Shown here piece after piece: positions 30,289 to 39,016 of a stretch of DNA of 64,000 bases (positions within the stretch are counted from its first letter, which is position 1; every line of letters begins with the position of its first letter). A model generated the notes under the pieces. The model saw only the letters and a program-made list of their open reading frames with translations. It searched no databases and was not told the origin of the DNA. This stretch comes from Clostridium sp. CAG:1000 (lineage in GTDB: Bacteria; Bacillota_I; Bacilli_A; RF39; UBA660). Location: contig HG000339.1 in NCBI GenBank assembly GCA_000436975.1, forward strand, positions 20,796-84,795, in the 5' to 3' direction. Both the position numbers and the translations under genes were made by a program.

Positions 30289-31176
30289 CTAGAATAATGA
30301 TATTTGTTCATTATCCTTTATTTCTTTTTTATATGCTTTAATAATATCTTTCATATTATAAAGTATTCCATACTTATCACATTCATTAGTAAACACTTTA
30401 TATAATGATTTATAGTTAGGAACAGCACAATTATATCTTTCTCCATAATATTTGATATATTTTTCTTTTAAACCTTTAAAATGTTTATCTAATTTTTCAA
30501 AATAATAATCTCTTTGATTTTCTCTTAAAGTCATTCCCACATATGTATGAATAAACTTTGCTCCACTTTCATAAGCCATTTTAACTAATTTTTTAATATC
30601 TTCTTCATTATCAGTAATAAATGGTAGAACTGGATTCATCATTATTCCTGTAAATATACCATTATCAGATAATATTTTTATTGCTTCAAATCTTTTAGAA
30701 GATGCACATACATGGGGTTCAATTATCTTAGATAATTCATCATTAGGAGTTGTTATTGTAAATTTAATGATTACATTATTCTTTGAATTAATTTCTTTAA
30801 GTAAATCTAAATCTCTTAAAATCAAATCACTCTTTGTATCAATAGAAACCCCAAAGTTATATTTTAATAGAAGTTTTAATGCTCCTCTTGTTTGCTCATA
30901 TTGTTTCTCAAGTGGATTATAAGTATCAGACATTGAGCCAATACCTACAACACCTTTCTCTTTCTTTTTAGATAATTCACTTTCTAATATTGCAAGTGCA
31001 TTTTCTTTTCCTTTAGGAATATCAAAATTATCTATATGATAGCAATTACTTCTACTATCACAATATATACAACCATGAGAGCAACCTCTATATAGGTTCA
31101 TATTATAATCTATACCATACCAGTCAGAACCATATTTGACTTTTGATAGTATAGTTTTTGCTTTTACAAATTCCAT
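30289..31176 (-). CDS. radical SAM protein, SPL/DNA-photolyase-like family (COG1533-like)
   Basis: 295 aa with a CSHGCIYC (Cx3Cx2C) cluster near the N-terminus. Confidence 0.7.
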   Translation of the reverse strand: MEFVKAKTILSKVKYGSDWYGIDYNMNLYRGCSHGCIYCDSRSNCYHIDNFDIPKGKENALAILESELSKKKEKGVVGIGSMSDTYNPLEKQYEQTRGALKLLLKYNFGVSIDTKSDLILRDLDLLKEINSKNNVIIKFTITTPNDELSKIIEPHVCASSKRFEAIKILSDNGIFTGIMMNPVLPFITDNEEDIKKLVKMAYESGAKFIHTYVGMTLRENQRDYYFEKLDKHFKGLKEKYIKYYGERYNCAVPNYKSLYKVFTNECDKYGILYNMKDIIKAYKKEIKDNEQISLF

Positions 31177-31177
31177 A

Positions 31178-31921
31178 TTACTTAATTAACTTCTCAAATG
31201 CATTTGCATTTAATATTGTATTTGAAACAAATTTTCCTTTATAAAAGTTTGCCCAGTTATTGAATACACATGGTGCATTTTTTGCTTTCTCTAGTGAATC
31301 TATTTTTATGAAATTTAATTTAATACCTTTATCTTTTGCATAATCAGATAATTCTTTTACTTCATATTCTACATAAGGACATTCATTAGAATAATAAATT
31401 GTAAAATCCTCGCTATCAATTTCCATCTTACGAGCTGTATCACTAAATTTAGGTGTATCTTTATCATCAAAAGAAAGTGCCATTAATTCATAATCATTGA
31501 TTGTATCTACAACTTTAAATCCATAGTGTTCAAAGAATTTCTTGTCTCCAATAAATGGTTTTTTCTTTTGTGATACTAATGTACAAACACCACTCATTTT
31601 TTTAGATTTAGCATCTTCAATAGCATATTCTAATAAATCTTTACCAATACCTTTTCCTTTAAAACTACCAGCAACCCATAAACAATAAATATGCATATAG
31701 TTTTTACCATTAATAGGAACCCAAGCAGTTTCTATTGGTTCATATTCAATAAAGATTTTACCTCTTGCATTTAGTTTTCTAAATATATGACCATCTTTTA
31801 ATTTACCTTTAATCCATTCTTTCTTCTTATCAACACCATCTTGATGTTTAGGATCTCCAATTGCACAACAAATATGTTCTTCTTCAATATTATTTTCATC
31901 TAAATTAATATATTCATTCAT
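31178..31921 (-). CDS. GNAT N-acetyltransferase with YoaP-like C-terminal domain
   Basis: 247 aa with the GNAT motif GSFKGKGIGKDLL. The C-terminal domain resembles B. subtilis YoaP (from memory). Its stop lies 1 nt before the radical SAM ATG. Confidence 0.6.
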   Translation of the reverse strand: MNEYINLDENNIEEEHICCAIGDPKHQDGVDKKKEWIKGKLKDGHIFRKLNARGKIFIEYEPIETAWVPINGKNYMHIYCLWVAGSFKGKGIGKDLLEYAIEDAKSKKMSGVCTLVSQKKKPFIGDKKFFEHYGFKVVDTINDYELMALSFDDKDTPKFSDTARKMEIDSEDFTIYYSNECPYVEYEVKELSDYAKDKGIKLNFIKIDSLEKAKNAPCVFNNWANFYKGKFVSNTILNANAFEKLIK

Positions 31922-31955
31922 AGTTCACACCTCATATCCATTATACCATGAAAAA

Positions 31956-31975
31956 AGAGAATTTTTGCATTCTCT
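31956..31975 (-). terminator. hairpin plus T-run directly after J4
   Basis: AGAGAATGCAAAAATTCTCT followed by TTTTT on the minus strand, then the TGGTATAAT -10 box. Confidence 0.55.
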
Positions 31976-31995
31976 TAATATCTTAATCTTTAGAT
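31974..31995. repeat. junction motif J4
   Basis: CTTAATATCTTAATCTTTAGAT, between the hsp20 terminator and the GNAT promoter. Confidence 0.65.
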
Positions 31996-32039
31996 ATATT
32001 TCTTTTTTTAGAGAATTTTACGTATCATAATTATAAAAA

Positions 32040-32066
32040 GCAAAAGGATTAAACCAATCCTTTTGC
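32040..32066 (-). terminator. intrinsic terminator of hsp20
   Basis: GCAAAAGGATTGGTTTAATCCTTTTGC followed by TTTTTAT on the minus strand. Confidence 0.7.
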
Positions 32067-32072
32067 AATTCA

Positions 32073-32498
32073 TTATTTGATTTCGATATACTTTCTATTT
32101 TTGATTTGTTTGTTTTCTTTTTTAGGAACTTCAATCTTTAATGTTCCATCTTCAAATTTAGCTTTGATATCTTCTTCTGTAACTTCATCTCCAACATAGA
32201 AACTACGGGATGCTTCACCATAAAATCTTTCGCGTCTAATATACTTACCATGTTTATCCTTTTCATCATTTTTACTTTCTTGTTTAGCATGAACTGTTAA
32301 ATACCCATCTTCTAAACTTATTTTAACATTGTCTTTCTTCATTCCTGGCAAATCAATGGCAAGTTCATAGTTATTATCCTTTTCCTCAATATCTGTTCTC
32401 ATCATCTTGTTGTCATTTTTTGGCATAAAGAATGAATCATCAAAGATATCATCAAACAAATCAAAATTTCTTCTTGGTACTAACATCATATCTATCAA
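32073..32498 (-). CDS. Hsp20/alpha-crystallin family small heat-shock protein
   Basis: 141 aa with an alpha-crystallin domain (DIEEKDNNYELAIDLPGMKKDNVKISLEDGYLTV .. GTLKIEVPK). Confidence 0.9.
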   Translation of the reverse strand: MIDMMLVPRRNFDLFDDIFDDSFFMPKNDNKMMRTDIEEKDNNYELAIDLPGMKKDNVKISLEDGYLTVHAKQESKNDEKDKHGKYIRRERFYGEASRSFYVGDEVTEEDIKAKFEDGTLKIEVPKKENKQIKNRKYIEIK

Positions 32499-32595
32499 CT
32501 TCCTTTCCTAAATGTGTTGAGCCATTTGAGGTAAGCACATATCAAATATATAATTTTAATACCATAGTGAGTATCTTTTTCTCACTACAATTATA

Positions 32596-32636
32596 ATTAT
32601 ACTCAAAAATTAGCAGTTGTCAATACAAAGTGCTAA
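32596..32636 (-). promoter_or_regulatory. sigma-A-type promoter overlapped by a CIRCE-like inverted repeat
   Basis: Minus strand TTAGCACTT-N9-AACTGCTAA (CIRCE consensus TTAGCACTC-N9-GAGTGCTAA). TTGACA lies inside it, then a 16-nt spacer and TATAAT. Confidence 0.55.
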
Positions 32637-32674
32637 TTTTTATTCTTTTGGATATAGATTTAGAAATATTTAAT

Positions 32675-32692
32675 CCTAATATCTTAAAATTC
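32675..32692. repeat. junction motif J5a (diverged)
   Basis: CCTAATATCTTAAAATTC. Confidence 0.5.
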
Positions 32693-32720
32693 AAAGCAAT
32701 GAAAAAGGCCAAAATCTTCA

Positions 32721-32754
32721 TTCTAATCTTAACGGAATATTACTTTTTCCGAAC
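32721..32754. repeat. junction motif J5b/K3
   Basis: TTCTAATCTTAACGGAATATTACTTTTTCCGAAC. Contains the exact 12-mer CGGAATATTACT and a TTCGGAA arm. Confidence 0.7.
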
Positions 32755-32757
32755 AAA

Positions 32758-32782
32758 AAAAGACTAGAAATTCTAGTCTTTT
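32758..32782. repeat. target-site duplication, left copy (a terminator hairpin)
   Basis: AAAAGACTAGAAATTCTAGTCTTTT is identical to 34439-34463. Confidence 0.85.
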
Positions 32783-34438
32783 CAGACTGTTGACAAATAG
32801 GTAAATAAAATTGCTTATTTGTCTTTTTTGTTGATTATTATTGCTTATAAACATCATATACACCTATTAGGTATAATGATGTAGTGCAAACTTTTTAAGA
32901 TTCATGCACGCATAAAGGAGAGTCAACTCACGGTGGACTCTTTCTTTTGATTTAAAGTATGTTTTTCGTAAACCATACTTGGTTTTACCATCTGCAAAGA
33001 TTCGTTCTATATGTTGCGGTCTTTGCTTATATATTTCTTTGACATCTTCTTGATGTCGATAATCATTAGTCATTTCTTTATATCCTTCCCATACATGTCT
33101 TAATACTTGTTTATATTTTCCTTTTGTACATTGTTCTTTAAATGGACAATTAGCACAATCATTAGAAGATGATTTATAAATAACAGATCCATCTTTATTC
33201 ATTGAGGTTGGTATTAAGTCTTTATTATTAGGACAAATATAAATATCATTGTACTCATCATATGTAAATTCATATTTTTTGAAATATCCTTTTCGATATC
33301 CTTTTCTTGTATAAGGAAAGGCTGGTATCATATCTAAATCTATTATTGTTTTACAAATATGGTTAGTAAGGTAGGCTGCATCGCCAACGAAATATTTTAT
33401 ATTAGAAATATCAAAATGATTTGTTAAATTTTCGAAAGATTGATAGAAAGAAACCGAATCATGAACATTACTTGGATTAGTATCTACTGTTAATACATAA
33501 TTATTGTTATCACATATTACACTTGAATTGTATCCAAACATTTTTTCTTTATCACTTTTGTATAACATTCCTGCATCTTTATCAGTATCACTTGCTATTA
33601 TTTCTTTTTCTCCTATAACTTCATTTGTATCTACTTCTTCGTTACATTTAATTATTCTTTCTACTTCTTCAAAATATTCTTCTTCTGTTAAATTTTCATC
33701 ATGTAGTTCCTTTAATGCCATCTCTAAATCCAATTCTTTTTGATATTTCTTAGCCTCTATTTTTACTGTTTCCTTGTGATTTTTTTTCTTATTTGCATTT
33801 GCTTTAGTATGGGTTGAATCTATATATACTGCTGTCATATCTAAACAATCCCAGTTTATTAATAAATCTATTACCTTATCGAATACTGTTTGTAATAAAT
33901 CTTTTTCTAATTTACAAAATTTTCTTTTATAATTTTGTGAATATGTTGAATGATCTGGAACTTTTTCTCCTAATTCATATCCAATAAACCATCTATACAA
34001 AATATTATATTGAATATCCTCATATGTTCTTCTTAAACTATCTATATTAAAAAGAAACTTTAATATATGAATTTTTACTAATACAACTGGATCAATACTT
34101 TTTCTTCCAACTGTTGAATATAGTTTTTCTACTTCTTCATATACAAAGTTCCAATCAAAATGTTTTTCTATTACTCTTAAAAAATGATTTTCTGGAATCA
34201 TACTTTCTATATTTATAAATTCATTTGAAAATTGTTTTATTTTTCTTTTGGTCATTGCCATTTTTTCATCACTTACTTTCTTTACTTTGTCCAATAATAT
34301 TATAACATTTTTTCATAAAAAAAGTAAGGACTGTAAGCTTTAAAATTTGGACAAAATAAAGCATCCTTACTTATTAAGTATATAACATTTTTGAAAAAAT
34401 AAAAAGACCATTAACAAAATTTATTTGTCAACAGTCTG
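32783..34438 (-). mobile_element. IS1182-family insertion sequence (1656 bp)
   Basis: 17-bp perfect terminal inverted repeats CAGACTGTTGACAAATA, a single DDE transposase ORF, and 25-bp direct repeats on both flanks. Confidence 0.85.
32867..34294 (-). CDS. IS1182/IS5-type DDE transposase
   Basis: 475 aa. N-terminal ENHFLRVIEKHFDW..GRKSIDPVVLVKI (InsH-type N-domain) and a C-terminal Cys-rich DDE region. Confidence 0.85.
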   Translation of the reverse strand: MDKVKKVSDEKMAMTKRKIKQFSNEFINIESMIPENHFLRVIEKHFDWNFVYEEVEKLYSTVGRKSIDPVVLVKIHILKFLFNIDSLRRTYEDIQYNILYRWFIGYELGEKVPDHSTYSQNYKRKFCKLEKDLLQTVFDKVIDLLINWDCLDMTAVYIDSTHTKANANKKKNHKETVKIEAKKYQKELDLEMALKELHDENLTEEEYFEEVERIIKCNEEVDTNEVIGEKEIIASDTDKDAGMLYKSDKEKMFGYNSSVICDNNNYVLTVDTNPSNVHDSVSFYQSFENLTNHFDISNIKYFVGDAAYLTNHICKTIIDLDMIPAFPYTRKGYRKGYFKKYEFTYDEYNDIYICPNNKDLIPTSMNKDGSVIYKSSSNDCANCPFKEQCTKGKYKQVLRHVWEGYKEMTNDYRHQEDVKEIYKQRPQHIERIFADGKTKYGLRKTYFKSKERVHRELTLLYACMNLKKFALHHYT

Positions 34439-34463
34439 AAAAGACTAGAAATTCTAGTCTTTT
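34439..34463. repeat. target-site duplication, right copy
   Basis: AAAAGACTAGAAATTCTAGTCTTTT is identical to 32758-32782. Confidence 0.85.
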
Positions 34464-34578
34464 GTTTTATTATTTACTTATTTTTTCATTGATTGCGGCC
34501 TGAATTGCAGTATAACTCGCATCACATATATGAATTAATTCTTATTTGTGAAAATATATAACTATATTTATATAATTA

Positions 34579-37143
34579 TTATAACCACTCACCAAATTTT
34601 TTAATATATATACTTTTTACTATTTGTGCAATTACTCCATATATTACTACAAAACCAATTAAATATAAATAATATATAGCTGGTAATATTACGAAGTTAA
34701 ATCCTGTTGTAAAGCTTAATACTATAGGTACAGTTATAGTTGCAACTATTGTTAAGAATGTTAATAGTAATAAAGTATTACTTGGTCTAGATTTTGTAAT
34801 ATGATTTGTTCTTATATAGAATATCATAAATGTTTCTGTAACAATACACTCAACAAACCATGCTGTTTGGAAATAAGCTTGTAAATTAATTGAATTATAT
34901 TTTAATACAAACCAGAATACTAGGAATGCTACTATATCTGTAATTGATGAGATAACTCCAAATACAACCATAAATCTTCCTATTGATTTTATTTCCCACT
35001 TTTTTACTTTCCTTAAGAAAACTTCATCAACATTATCATATGGTATACCAATTTGTGATAATTCTACAATAAAATCTTGTATTAACATTTGAATTGGTAA
35101 TAACGGTAAGAATGGTAAAAATATAGATGCAATTAAGATACTAAATACATCCCCAAAGTCTTGACTTAAAGCTAGTTTCATATATTTTAATATATTTCCA
35201 TAAACAGTTCTACCTTCTATAACACCATTATGTATTACTTCTAAGTTTTGTTCTAAAAGAATTATATCACTTGATTCTTTGGCAATATCTGTTCCTCCAT
35301 CTACACTTATTCCGACATCAGAACTTCTTAGTGCTGGAGCATCATTTACTCCATCACCCATATATCCTACTGAATGTCCATTTTTTCTTAGAATTGATAC
35401 TACTCTTTCTTTTTGCATTGGATTCATTCTTGCAAATATATCTATTTCTTCTACTTTTTTACTTAGTTCATAATCATTTAATTCATCTATTTCTTTTCCA
35501 GTTAAAATTTTAGTTTCTATTCCAACAGCATTACATATATTTTTAGTTGCAAAAGCATTATCTCCAGTTAGTATTTTTATATCTACACCATATTCTTTTA
35601 ATTTTTTAATAGTTTGTTCTGCTGATGGTTTTGGTGGATCCAAGAATGCAATTAAGCCAATTAATGTAAAATCCACTTCATCTTCTGCATCATACTCATC
35701 TACACCAGTATATTCTGGTTTAACTGCTAGAGCAATTACTTGCATTCCATCTTTTGCCATTTCTTCGGCTTTTTTATTTACTTTTTCTTTTATTTCTTTT
35801 GTAATTGGAACCTCTTCTCCATTTACTCGTGCCATATCACATACTTTTACTACTTCTTCTAATGCTCCTTTGGCAATTACTCTAATTTTATCATGATGAG
35901 TCACAACTATTGATGATCTTTTTCTCATATAATCAAATGGAATTTCATCTATTTTTTTATAGTTAGATATATCTACATCATGACTTTTGGCATATTGAAT
36001 TATAGCTTTATCTACTATATTTTTATACCCCGTACCAAGAGAACTATTAACATATGCACATTTTAGTACATAATCATCATCTTCTCCATCAACATTAATA
36101 TACTTTTGTAGTTCAATGTTGTTCTTTGTAAGAGTTCCTGTTTTATCAGTACATAACACATCCATAGAACCTAAATTTTGAATTGATTTAATACTTTTAA
36201 CTAGAGTATTCTTTTTAGCTAATGCTTTACTTCCTTTAGTTAAGTTAACATTAACTATCATTGGTAACATACTAGGTGTAATACCTACAGCGACTGATAA
36301 AGCGAACAATATTGCTTGATTGATATTTCCTCTTATCATTCCATAAATTACAAATACTAATATACAAATTATCACCATACATTTAATAAGAAGCCCTGTA
36401 ATATGATTCATACCTTTATCAAAAGTTGTTTCTTCTTTAACTACTTCTTTTTGTTTGTTCATATTACCTATAAATGTATCAAGTCCAGTTTTAATAACTA
36501 CACCTTTTCCTTGACCACTTATAACATTACAACCCATTAAACATATATTATTCATATCTATAGGATCATTAGGTTTACTTTCTGTATTGATATTCTTTTC
36601 TACTGCTGCACTTTCACCAGTAAATGCTGATTGATTAATAAATAAGTCTTTACTTTCAAACAAATATAAATCTGCTGGTATAACACTTCCTGCACTTAAT
36701 GTAATAATATCTCCATAGACTACTTTTTCTTGTCTTATTTCTTTTTGTTTACCTTCTCTTATAACATCAGTAAATATTCTTATTTGTTCTTTTAATTTTT
36801 CATTAAATTTATATGTGGACCAATCTTGACTAAACCTTATAATAACACTTATTAATGCAATACCAAGTATTATAAAAACACCTATTTTATCATCTGTAAT
36901 AAAATCAATTGTGGCAAGTAAAAATAATATTAAGACAAACTTATCCTTTAATGCTTCAAACATAAAATATAATGGGGTTTTCTTTTTTCTATTAGTTGCG
37001 ATGTTTTCTCCATATTCTTCTAATCTATGACGAAAAGCATTTATATTTAGTCCATCTTCATTTGTTTTAAATAGTTCCATTATTTCTTCTTTACTTTTAG
37101 AAGATAATTCTTTGTACTCTAAATCATTATTCATTATTCTCAC
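34579..37143 (-). CDS. mgtA: magnesium-importing P-type ATPase (MgtA type)
   Basis: 854 aa with DKTGTLT and GDGVNDAPALRSSDVGISVDGGTDIAKESSDIILLE. The C-terminal block FLPFLPLLPIQMLIQ..IPYDNVD..GRFMVVFGVISSITDI matches E. coli MgtA as I recall it. Confidence 0.85.
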   Translation of the reverse strand: MRIMNNDLEYKELSSKSKEEIMELFKTNEDGLNINAFRHRLEEYGENIATNRKKKTPLYFMFEALKDKFVLILFLLATIDFITDDKIGVFIILGIALISVIIRFSQDWSTYKFNEKLKEQIRIFTDVIREGKQKEIRQEKVVYGDIITLSAGSVIPADLYLFESKDLFINQSAFTGESAAVEKNINTESKPNDPIDMNNICLMGCNVISGQGKGVVIKTGLDTFIGNMNKQKEVVKEETTFDKGMNHITGLLIKCMVIICILVFVIYGMIRGNINQAILFALSVAVGITPSMLPMIVNVNLTKGSKALAKKNTLVKSIKSIQNLGSMDVLCTDKTGTLTKNNIELQKYINVDGEDDDYVLKCAYVNSSLGTGYKNIVDKAIIQYAKSHDVDISNYKKIDEIPFDYMRKRSSIVVTHHDKIRVIAKGALEEVVKVCDMARVNGEEVPITKEIKEKVNKKAEEMAKDGMQVIALAVKPEYTGVDEYDAEDEVDFTLIGLIAFLDPPKPSAEQTIKKLKEYGVDIKILTGDNAFATKNICNAVGIETKILTGKEIDELNDYELSKKVEEIDIFARMNPMQKERVVSILRKNGHSVGYMGDGVNDAPALRSSDVGISVDGGTDIAKESSDIILLEQNLEVIHNGVIEGRTVYGNILKYMKLALSQDFGDVFSILIASIFLPFLPLLPIQMLIQDFIVELSQIGIPYDNVDEVFLRKVKKWEIKSIGRFMVVFGVISSITDIVAFLVFWFVLKYNSINLQAYFQTAWFVECIVTETFMIFYIRTNHITKSRPSNTLLLLTFLTIVATITVPIVLSFTTGFNFVILPAIYYLYLIGFVVIYGVIAQIVKSIYIKKFGEWL

Positions 37144-37205
37144 ATCCTACAATTATTTTACCACAAAATTAAATGATTAAATTATTGAATGTGACTTAAT
37201 TTAAA

Positions 37206-37228
37206 AAGGCTAGATTTCTCTAGTCTTA
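37206..37228 (-). terminator. intrinsic terminator between the small ORF and mgtA
   Basis: AAGACTAGAGAAATCTAGCCTT followed by TTTAA on the minus strand, starting about 10 nt after the small-ORF stop. Confidence 0.5.
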
Positions 37229-37474
37229 TTTATTTAATTACTTATTGTTTTTTGCTTTGATTGCAGCTTGTTCTGCTGTGGATTTACTTGGTCGAAATGG
37301 CATACCGCTGCGATGTTTCGAGGTCATAACCCATAGTCGCTGTATCGTTACGTGGGCGAATCTTAATACCGCCGTAACGTTGCGTGATCTTTAGCTTTAT
37401 AGCCACCATCAAGTTACGTGGGCGATACTTTTAACTATATTTATCATCTCTCCATATTTGTTTTACAATGTCAT

Positions 37475-37497
37475 CGTGATATCTTAATCTTCCGAAC
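37475..37497. repeat. junction motif J6
   Basis: CGTGATATCTTAATCTTCCGAAC ends 5 nt from the stop of the TraX gene. Confidence 0.8.
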
Positions 37498-37502
37498 AAT
37501 CA

Positions 37503-38180
37503 TTATTTAAAAATTATTGGTATATTTCCATATATTACTAATCTTATAATTCCTATAATAATTAAATGCAATGGATAATATATGTAAAATAAATATTTCA
37601 GATTTACTTTACCTCTTTCACCATTATATAAATATAATACTGGAATAGTTAAACAAGTAAACAATTGTAACAATCCATATACTTTATCTAGGAAAATAAA
37701 ATAAACAGTTGCATACATTAATGTTCCAAGCATCATCATTATCATTTGTTTTTTAAAATTGCCTCTATATTTATTCATAAATATTATTGAAAATACAGCT
37801 ATACAACTCCAATCTGATGGAAATGTTATTACAAATATTAAAATCATTAATAACACTTTTAACTTTTCGTTTATCTTACTATCAAATATGGCAAGAAGTG
37901 CTACTGCCCAAGCAAGAGACCACATAATACTTGTTCCATTAAATATAGAGTTAGGTATAAACGGTATACCAAATGCTAAACAGAAAGCAAAATGAGAAAT
38001 AAATGCAAATAAAAATAATCTTATTAAATATTTTTTTAAATTATGAGTATGATTATACCCTTCTACGATGAAAAACCACATTATTGGAGCTGTTAATCTT
38101 CCAATAATATGAAGTAACATTACATACCAGATTTTTTGGCATCCTGGAAATGCTAACCACGTTAAATGATCTATTGTCAT
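37503..38180 (-). CDS. TraX family membrane protein
   Basis: 225 aa from an internal ATG. The conserved N-terminus KKLNSNHLKLIAIIAMTIDH continues in frame upstream to an ACG preceded by AAAGGTGAG, so the start is uncertain. Confidence 0.65.
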   Translation of the reverse strand: MTIDHLTWLAFPGCQKIWYVMLLHIIGRLTAPIMWFFIVEGYNHTHNLKKYLIRLFLFAFISHFAFCLAFGIPFIPNSIFNGTSIMWSLAWAVALLAIFDSKINEKLKVLLMILIFVITFPSDWSCIAVFSIIFMNKYRGNFKKQMIMMMLGTLMYATVYFIFLDKVYGLLQLFTCLTIPVLYLYNGERGKVNLKYLFYIYYPLHLIIIGIIRLVIYGNIPIIFK

Positions 38181-38257
38181 CGCAATTATTGCAATAAGTT
38201 TTAAATGATTTGAATTTAATTTTTTCGTTTTCTCACCTTTATAATTATATTATCTTT

Positions 38258-39016
38258 TTAAATATATAAAATCCATATTAATTTAGAAATCAAATGACAG
38301 CCAAAATGTGCTAGCATTGAATATCCTATTCCATATTTTCTATATAGCCATCCAAATGATAATCCAAATAATCCATTCATCAATAAACATCTAAATAATA
38401 ATAATCCATCAATATATCCAAAAGTTTGAATATTTGCAGGTATATGTAATAAGGCAAATAATAATGCAGATATTACATTTGCGATGATAAATACTTTTGT
38501 TGGTGTTTTATTTTCTTTTCTATAAAATATTTTAGATATAATCCATGATAATAATGACATAAAAAATAATCTTAATAATATTTCTTCAAATACAGCTCCA
38601 TAAGTTAATGATGCAATAATATATTCTAAAGATGGTTTACTATCATAACTATGTAATATAGGATCACTAAAGCTTCCAAACACATATCTATCAAATAGAC
38701 TTAATAATAAACCACCAATAATAGAAATAATAATTACTCCTATTATTGCATTTTTGTTTTTCTCTATTTTTTTCCATAATCCCATCTTATTCGATAAGAC
38801 TAAGCCAATTGCTCCTAATATAACTGCATACAATGCTATTTGTAAAATTGATACAATAATAACTACTTCTTTTGAACCAGCTTGTTTTATTGCATCATCA
38901 ATTATTTTTTGATCTAATGAATTTATTGAATATATTGTAGTAAAATACCCACCAATAATACACATTAAAATCATAAATATAAAGAATTTCCAATTTTCTT
39001 TTATATATTTTTTCAT
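38258..39016 (-). CDS. CPBP family intramembrane glutamic endopeptidase (CAAX/Abi-type)
   Basis: 252 aa, multi-TM, with motifs EEILLRLFF and FALLH. Confidence 0.75.
   Translation of the reverse strand: MKKYIKENWKFFIFMILMCIIGGYFTTIYSINSLDQKIIDDAIKQAGSKEVVIIVSILQIALYAVILGAIGLVLSNKMGLWKKIEKNKNAIIGVIIISIIGGLLLSLFDRYVFGSFSDPILHSYDSKPSLEYIIASLTYGAVFEEILLRLFFMSLLSWIISKIFYRKENKTPTKVFIIANVISALLFALLHIPANIQTFGYIDGLLLFRCLLMNGLFGLSFGWLYRKYGIGYSMLAHFGCHLISKLIWILYI

Noticed and set aside
37290-37440. GC-rich patch read as an M-box (ykoK) Mg2+ riboswitch, T-box, tmRNA or tRNA fragment.
   Set aside because: I could not find the conserved M-box, T-box (GGGTGGTACCGCG-like), tRNA T-arm or tmRNA acceptor sequences by eye. 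It is retained only as an unclassified structured candidate.
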